DNA of 64,000 nt from a virus (taxonomy: Duplodnaviria; Heunggongvirae; Uroviricota; Caudoviricetes). The stretch's first letter is position 1; every line of letters begins with the position of its first letter. The position numbers were made by a program, and so were the translations under genes. A model generated the notes under the pieces. It was not told the DNA's origin. It ran no database searches and saw nothing but the letters and a program-made list of their open reading frames with translations. The DNA lies in the IMG/VR virus record IMGVR_UViG_3300028887_000069, positions 52,898 to 116,897 of that record; one strand, written 5' to 3'. This document shows positions 59,190 to 64,000 of this stretch, one piece after another.

Positions 59190-59270
59190 ATTGTTAAAAA
59201 ATTTGGTCAATCCAAAAATTAATCTTACCTTTGCACACGTAACAAACAAATTAAAAGAAAGGAGACAACT

Positions 59271-59609
59271 ATGAACAAGAGAAAATTCTTTTTCGCACCT
59301 GCCTACTATGAATGGCACTTGACCGATGAGAGAGGAAACCTCATTCATGTTATGGCAGACCCTGCCGAGGAGACGTGCCACGAGGACGGAACACCTTGTA
59401 CCTTTGAAGAAGTGGAGGATATGTGTGCAAACGACCTTGAATGTGCCGACCGCACGTATGAAGAGGGCGAGGGTTACAACGGACATTATCTTGAAGACCC
59501 ACTCACAGAGGAGGAAACCGAGGAAGCGGCAAATGTTATGGCAACCGCGCTCTACAACTACTACTGCGTGGAGAACGAGGAGACCGATGCAAATTCACTT
59601 GAGTTCTAA
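59271..59609 (+). CDS. Acidic early protein, 112 aa
   Basis: EP+SD+ORF. Confidence 0.45.
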   Translation: MNKRKFFFAPAYYEWHLTDERGNLIHVMADPAEETCHEDGTPCTFEEVEDMCANDLECADRTYEEGEGYNGHYLEDPLTEEETEEAANVMATALYNYYCVENEETDANSLEF

Positions 59610-59684
59610 ATGTTAAAAATTTGCGTATGTCAAAAAAACTTCTTACCTTTGCATACGTAACAAATTAAAAGAAAGGAGAATACT

Positions 59685-59987
59685 ATGAAAATGAAAGGTT
59701 ATTATTGGACTGATGACGACACAATGTGTGCGTTCTTCGGTGATGTGCATAAAGAAAAAAACCTCACAATCGCCCGTGAGAGTGAATATCACTCCGAAGA
59801 TGACGAGGTGGTGATTATAGATGTCTTTTGGGATGACGATGACAATATGACCGAGGGTCATTCCATCAATCCCTCTACCCTCAAGTACTATGAGAAGAAA
59901 TGTAAAATTGACCCCAACATCACCCGTGAGGAATATGACGAGATTGTCACACTTACAAGGGCAAAGGCAAAAGAAACCACTGTTTAA
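59685..59987 (+). CDS. Small early protein, 100 aa
   Basis: EP+SD+ORF. Confidence 0.45.
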   Translation: MKMKGYYWTDDDTMCAFFGDVHKEKNLTIARESEYHSEDDEVVIIDVFWDDDDNMTEGHSINPSTLKYYEKKCKIDPNITREEYDEIVTLTRAKAKETTV

Positions 59988-60002
59988 CTTTAAGGTAGCA
60001 CT

Positions 60003-60197
60003 ATGACAAACATTGAACTTATTAGAACGGAACTTAATGAGACAAGAACCCTCATTGACACTCTCTGCGACAAAATCAATACAATGATGTCAATGTCAAA
60101 CGACTGTCTCGACTTCAGAGACGCAAAGGACAAACTGTCCGAGGTGGAAACAGAACTCGTTGAGAAGTACAACGAATACGCAACACGTAACAACTAA
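60003..60197 (+). CDS. Small coiled-coil protein, 64 aa
   Basis: ORF; weak SD. Confidence 0.35.
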   Translation: MTNIELIRTELNETRTLIDTLCDKINTMMSMSNDCLDFRDAKDKLSEVETELVEKYNEYATRNN

Positions 60198-60221
60198 CAT
60201 AAAAAGAAAGGAGACAAAACT

Positions 60222-60602
60222 ATGAATAAAACAAATCTGTCAAAAGAGGAAATCAATGTATTGACCGAGAAAGCAAACGACCTTGTGAGAAAGGAAACCG
60301 AAATCATTAATGCGGCACAAAAAGGTATTATATCCCTGCTTTCCAAGTGCGAAAACAACGAAATCACCTTGCCCGTCGGCAATGATGATGACCTTTCAGT
60401 CTTTGACTGCGACTGCAACGAATACCGTTCCATAGACAAGGTGAAACTTGTGAAATACAAAAGTGCCGTTGATTGCAATGGCAATAGCGACAATACCTTT
60501 GACGTTCCTGTCCTTGTCTCAAATGATATACCGTATCAGATGTACGAGACATCGGAAACACCCATACAGATACTGTCACGTATGGTAAACGAACTTGATT
60601 AA
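60222..60602 (+). CDS. Small early protein, 126 aa
   Basis: SD+ORF. Confidence 0.45.
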   Translation: MNKTNLSKEEINVLTEKANDLVRKETEIINAAQKGIISLLSKCENNEITLPVGNDDDLSVFDCDCNEYRSIDKVKLVKYKSAVDCNGNSDNTFDVPVLVSNDIPYQMYETSETPIQILSRMVNELD

Positions 60603-60629
60603 GTAACCAACTAAAAACAATCAATCTAT

Positions 60630-60827
60630 ATGGAAACAAAGAGAGAATACAAGATAGCGTTCAACCGCTCACGCAAGACCTATACAATCCGTCAGTACGA
60701 CAACGGCAAACTCGTCACAAAGTACCGCACCTACCCTCAAGGCAAGGACTACTCGGAGAATTGGACACAGAACGACATAGCGAACTATTTGCGTTATGCA
60801 AACGGAGACTATTTCATCGTAAAATAA
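60630..60827 (+). CDS. Small protein, 65 aa
   Basis: ORF only. Confidence 0.35.
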   Translation: METKREYKIAFNRSRKTYTIRQYDNGKLVTKYRTYPQGKDYSENWTQNDIANYLRYANGDYFIVK

Positions 60828-60850
60828 ACCATTAAAAAACATTACACACT

Positions 60851-61066
60851 ATGGAACAGAACAACACATTAGACACGATTGTGTCTCCTGCACAGATAAC
60901 GGACGTGGACACCCTCTGCCATTGCGTAGGATGTGACCTCAACACACAGGAGAAAGCACAGACAAGGATTGAGATTATCCTTAACTACCTCATGGAATGG
61001 AACGTCATCAAGGACTATGACGCTGACAGACTTGATTGGATATTCAGCGACGAGGAAACCTATTAG
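60851..61066 (+). CDS. Small protein, 71 aa
   Basis: ORF; contains the AGACACGATTGTGTCT motif in frame (DTIVS). Confidence 0.35.
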   Translation: MEQNNTLDTIVSPAQITDVDTLCHCVGCDLNTQEKAQTRIEIILNYLMEWNVIKDYDADRLDWIFSDEETY

Positions 61067-61173
61067 AAAAAAAAATTCATATTAATTGTTAAAAAATTTG
61101 GTAGATTCAAAAAAACTTCTTACCTTTGCATACGTCAATTAACAAAAAGGTTTAACTAAAACACATTATCACT

Positions 61174-62310
61174 ATGGAACAGAAAAACGACAATTTCATG
61201 CAGAGCGTTATGAACGCAATCAACGGAAACAACACTATGGTATCGGTCAATACCGATGCGAAACCCCTCGCCTGGAACGGAGTGATGGGCTGCAAGTCCT
61301 TCAGCACTCCCGTCACCGTCTCCGAGGCCGCAGAGGAGGTTGGGGCGAACTATGAGGTCAAGAAGCACCACATGGTCGCTATCACTGACGAACTCTATGA
61401 CGCCATCATCAACGGCACTCCCATCACGGAGGCAACGTTTACAAAGGGCTGCATCGTCTCATCCCACATGGCAACCATGCGTGAGGACAACGGACATATC
61501 CTTGGTTGTGTCGGCAAGGACTACGGCGTGATTCAGAACGCCAAGGCTCTCGAGTTCCTTAACATGATTACAAGCGGTGAGATTGACGGCACTGAGAAGG
61601 CAGTCATCGAGACCGCAGGCATACTCGATGGTGGCGCTCGTTTCTACATGACCGCCAAAATGCCCGAGAACATAACAATCCCAGGTGACCGTTTCGGTAT
61701 CGAGGACTACATCGTCTTCACCACCTCGCATGACGGAACGAATGCGGTTCAGGCATTCTTCACCCCGATTCGTGTGGTCTGCAAGAACACCCTCAACTAC
61801 GCCATGAAGAGCGCCAAGAACAAACTCGTCTTCCGCCACACCTCCCGCGTCAACGAGCGCATGGATTGGAACAACGAGGAGAACCGCAGAATGGCTGTGC
61901 AGACCCTGCAGATGCACAAACACTTCAAGGAGGCATTCGTCAACGACCTCATCGCCATGCAGAACATCAAGATAAGCGGTGACACCGACATCGCCAAATT
62001 CTGTGGCAAACTCTTCGCAGACGAGAAGGAACTCAACCTGCTTGCCAAGGCGAACTACAACGCCGACTCCGTTGAGGAACTGTCCACCCGCAAAAAGAAC
62101 CTCATCCGTGCCATGCAAGACACGATTGTGTCCGGAGTGGGTCAGTCCGAACATCAGAACACGGGTCTGTGGCTGCTTAACGGTGTGACCTCATACTTCC
62201 AGAACACGAAGCCGTGGAAGACCGAGGAGGACAAGTTCGACGGCATCATGGGCGGTGACGCTTCACGCAAGGTTCAGAAAGCACGTGAACTCATCTACGA
62301 AATGGTATAG
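61174..62310 (+). CDS. DUF932-like (phage/plasmid-related) protein, 378 aa, encoded in a GC-richer segment
   Basis: N-terminal ...AKPLAWNGVMG...TVSEAAEEVGANYEVKK... pattern recalls the DUF932/TIGR03299 family. EP upstream; strong terminator downstream. Confidence 0.4.
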   Translation: MEQKNDNFMQSVMNAINGNNTMVSVNTDAKPLAWNGVMGCKSFSTPVTVSEAAEEVGANYEVKKHHMVAITDELYDAIINGTPITEATFTKGCIVSSHMATMREDNGHILGCVGKDYGVIQNAKALEFLNMITSGEIDGTEKAVIETAGILDGGARFYMTAKMPENITIPGDRFGIEDYIVFTTSHDGTNAVQAFFTPIRVVCKNTLNYAMKSAKNKLVFRHTSRVNERMDWNNEENRRMAVQTLQMHKHFKEAFVNDLIAMQNIKISGDTDIAKFCGKLFADEKELNLLAKANYNADSVEELSTRKKNLIRAMQDTIVSGVGQSEHQNTGLWLLNGVTSYFQNTKPWKTEEDKFDGIMGGDASRKVQKARELIYEMV

Positions 62311-62342
62311 TACTTCCCCTTCATAGTTATCCCTTTCACGGA

Positions 62343-62390
62343 AAGACGGACTGCACAACCAAGTGCAAGTCCGTCTTTCTTTTATGTATG
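62343..62390 (+). terminator. Strong rho-independent terminator after the DUF932-like gene
   Basis: agacggactgcac-aaccaa-gtgcaagtccgtct followed by a T-tract. Confidence 0.7.
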
Positions 62391-62611
62391 TGTTTGGAAT
62401 GAATTGTTAAAAATTTGCATATTCCAAATAAAAGCGTTATATTTGCAAGCGTTAAAGCGGATGGAATATACCCCTGTCATTCCATCCTGTATGTTAATTA
62501 ACATTTTTTATGAAATTACATTTGGTCAGTCCATACATTCTTCATACCTTTGCAAATGTAAACAAAGGACAGACAACATTATCGTATAACCACTTAAAAA
62601 AGGAGAATATC

Positions 62612-62911
62612 ATGAAGACATTCAATTTCGTCAGCGGGTTGGACGAGGAAACCCGTGAAAGACATTCAATCAAACGTGACGACAACGGCTACTACCTCGT
62701 TCCCGACAGCGAGTCATCAATACTGATGGAATCCAAATCACCTATCATGAAAGACGCAAACAGGGTGGTCTACGCTCTCGAGAGCGTCAAGTTGGGCAAA
62801 CTCTCCACCAAGATGTTCAACACCCTCTCAGAGGCAAAGGAACACCTGAAGGGCGCACTCGACGAGAACGATTGGGACATCATCCCGCTTGAAGGGGAGG
62901 GCGTGTATTAA
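62612..62911 (+). CDS. Small protein, 99 aa
   Basis: EP+SD+ORF; start trimmed. Confidence 0.45.
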   Translation: MKTFNFVSGLDEETRERHSIKRDDNGYYLVPDSESSILMESKSPIMKDANRVVYALESVKLGKLSTKMFNTLSEAKEHLKGALDENDWDIIPLEGEGVY

Positions 62912-63009
62912 CAAATCTTTCAAATAAAGATTTGCGGGTTCCGAAAACACTTCATACCTTTGCATACGTAAACGAACGAATAAATAACAATCTAAAGATA
63001 TACAGTACC

Positions 63010-63507
63010 ATGGAAAAAACAAAGAAGGAAAAACGAACAAAGAACGTGCTTGACAATATGTTCAAGATGTCGATACTCGAGACAACGTTCACACACAAGG
63101 CCGTCAACAAGGTCAGGTGCACAATCGCATTCAAACCCTCGGATGTCCTCAACCCCATAGAGAAGGGCTACGACACCATCATGGAAAGACTCGCCAAGGG
63201 TCACCCCGAAATCAAGGTCAAGCGCAGCGTCTTCGACGGTCCGACTTTCTTCATCCACGCCGACGCCACCTGCCACCCCGACGACGTCTATAGGGAATCC
63301 ACGGGTATGCACATAGCAGAGACCAAGGCACGGCTCAGACTCAACAACTTCATGTACGACGTCGTGACCGAATACGCCGAGGAAAAAAAGAAGGAACTCA
63401 AGTCAGTCCTCCTTTGGCAGGAGGAATACCTCCTCAGAGTCAAGAACAACGACGAACACCTCGCCGACCTCTACAACTACCACGTAACCCCCAAGACAAA
63501 CCAATAG
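63010..63507 (+). CDS. Hypothetical protein, 165 aa
   Basis: EP+ORF; start trimmed. Confidence 0.4.
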   Translation: MEKTKKEKRTKNVLDNMFKMSILETTFTHKAVNKVRCTIAFKPSDVLNPIEKGYDTIMERLAKGHPEIKVKRSVFDGPTFFIHADATCHPDDVYRESTGMHIAETKARLRLNNFMYDVVTEYAEEKKKELKSVLLWQEEYLLRVKNNDEHLADLYNYHVTPKTNQ

Positions 63508-63511
63508 AGAC

Positions 63512-63727
63512 ATGGCGACAGTGACATTCAGTTGGTCAACCGTCCTCCTCACAGTGATAACGGTAATCCTCATCATAGGAACCTACCTCACGGGCGTATG
63601 GTGGACAGACAACAACAGGAAAAAGAGAATCGTCTCGAGAATAATCCTCGCAGTCATAGCCCTCACCTTCATCACGGGCATCTACGTCTCAATCAACCTT
63701 TGGCAGCAACTCCTCGCCACCAATTAG
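63512..63727 (+). CDS. Small membrane protein, 71 aa
   Basis: Two TM segments. Confidence 0.4.
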   Translation: MATVTFSWSTVLLTVITVILIIGTYLTGVWWTDNNRKKRIVSRIILAVIALTFITGIYVSINLWQQLLATN

Positions 63728-63777
63728 ACACGATTGTGTCTCATCCAAGTTATAATAACCTTTAAAACAATAAAGAT

Positions 63778-63957
63778 ATGCAGGACAACACAAACGACAA
63801 CCTCAAGGAAAAACAGAACGAAGACTCCGCCTTGGACTTCTTCAACACCGCCATGTCAACAATACCCACAAGGTACAACTCCCACGGCGGTCCAAAGTTC
63901 ACAAAGAAATCCCCCAAGAGAAAAAACATCAAACACGGTAACAGAAAAAAGAAATGA
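63778..63957 (+). CDS. Small basic protein, 59 aa (manual call)
   Basis: ORF only. Confidence 0.25.
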   Translation: MQDNTNDNLKEKQNEDSALDFFNTAMSTIPTRYNSHGGPKFTKKSPKRKNIKHGNRKKK

Positions 63958-64000
63958 ACACTCCCATCTTCCTTAACCTCCACGGCAAGGACTCCAAGAG
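63954..64000 (+). CDS. Start of an ORF truncated by the window end (MNTPIFLNLHGKDSK...)
   Basis: ATGA overlap with the preceding stop. Confidence 0.2.
   Translation, partial: MNTPIFLNLHGKDSK

Overview
The window is a 64-kb stretch of a tailed-phage genome whose host is probably in the Bacteroidota, because almost every promoter follows the Bacteroidota -33 TTTG / -7 TAnnTTTG pattern. Everything below is read from the sequence and the supplied ORF track only; no search or computation could be run.

Coordinates 1-35 kb are mostly minus-strand late, structural and replication genes:
- a terminase large-subunit N-terminus (partial);
- several large virion-type proteins, one of 972 aa carrying a Pol-beta nucleotidyltransferase signature;
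- a probable fibre protein with a ConA/LamG-like domain;
- a Clp-family double-AAA+ ATPase, a UvrD-like helicase, an NAD-dependent DNA ligase and an SPFH/prohibitin protein;
- small membrane and lipoprotein genes that look like a lysis cluster.

On the plus strand between 8.8 and 23.8 kb:
- a Dam-type N6-adenine methyltransferase;
- a P-loop dNMP-kinase-like protein and a KTSC-domain protein;
- a 547-aa TnpB/Cas12f-like gene with all three RuvC motifs and a zinc finger, sitting directly upstream of a sigma-70-family factor that ends in a lysine-rich tail;
- an ABC-type ATPase and a NADAR (YbiA-like) protein;
- a 781-aa Cas12-like effector whose stop codon is 52 bp from a CRISPR array (23182-23479, five 35-bp repeats of two variants) that decays into degenerate repeats up to about 23772.

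Coordinates 35.8-63.9 kb are a dense plus-strand array of about 65 small genes:
- each, or each short operon, has its own Bacteroidota-type promoter (abbreviated EP in the feature table);
- most have a strong AAAGAAAGGAG Shine-Dalgarno sequence (abbreviated SD);
- most are followed by a rho-independent terminator.

Three recurring sequence elements stand out:
- a TATTTATATTTA motif upstream of the minus-strand late genes, which lack SD;
- a roughly 50-bp promoter cassette present in both orientations, about 14 copies;
- a fixed-orientation AGACACGATTGTGTCT inverted repeat, 8 copies.

At least six unrelated late proteins also share an N-terminal peptide of the form M+xx(I/V)+(L/I)(T/N)E(E/N)(Q/E)L(K/R)E.
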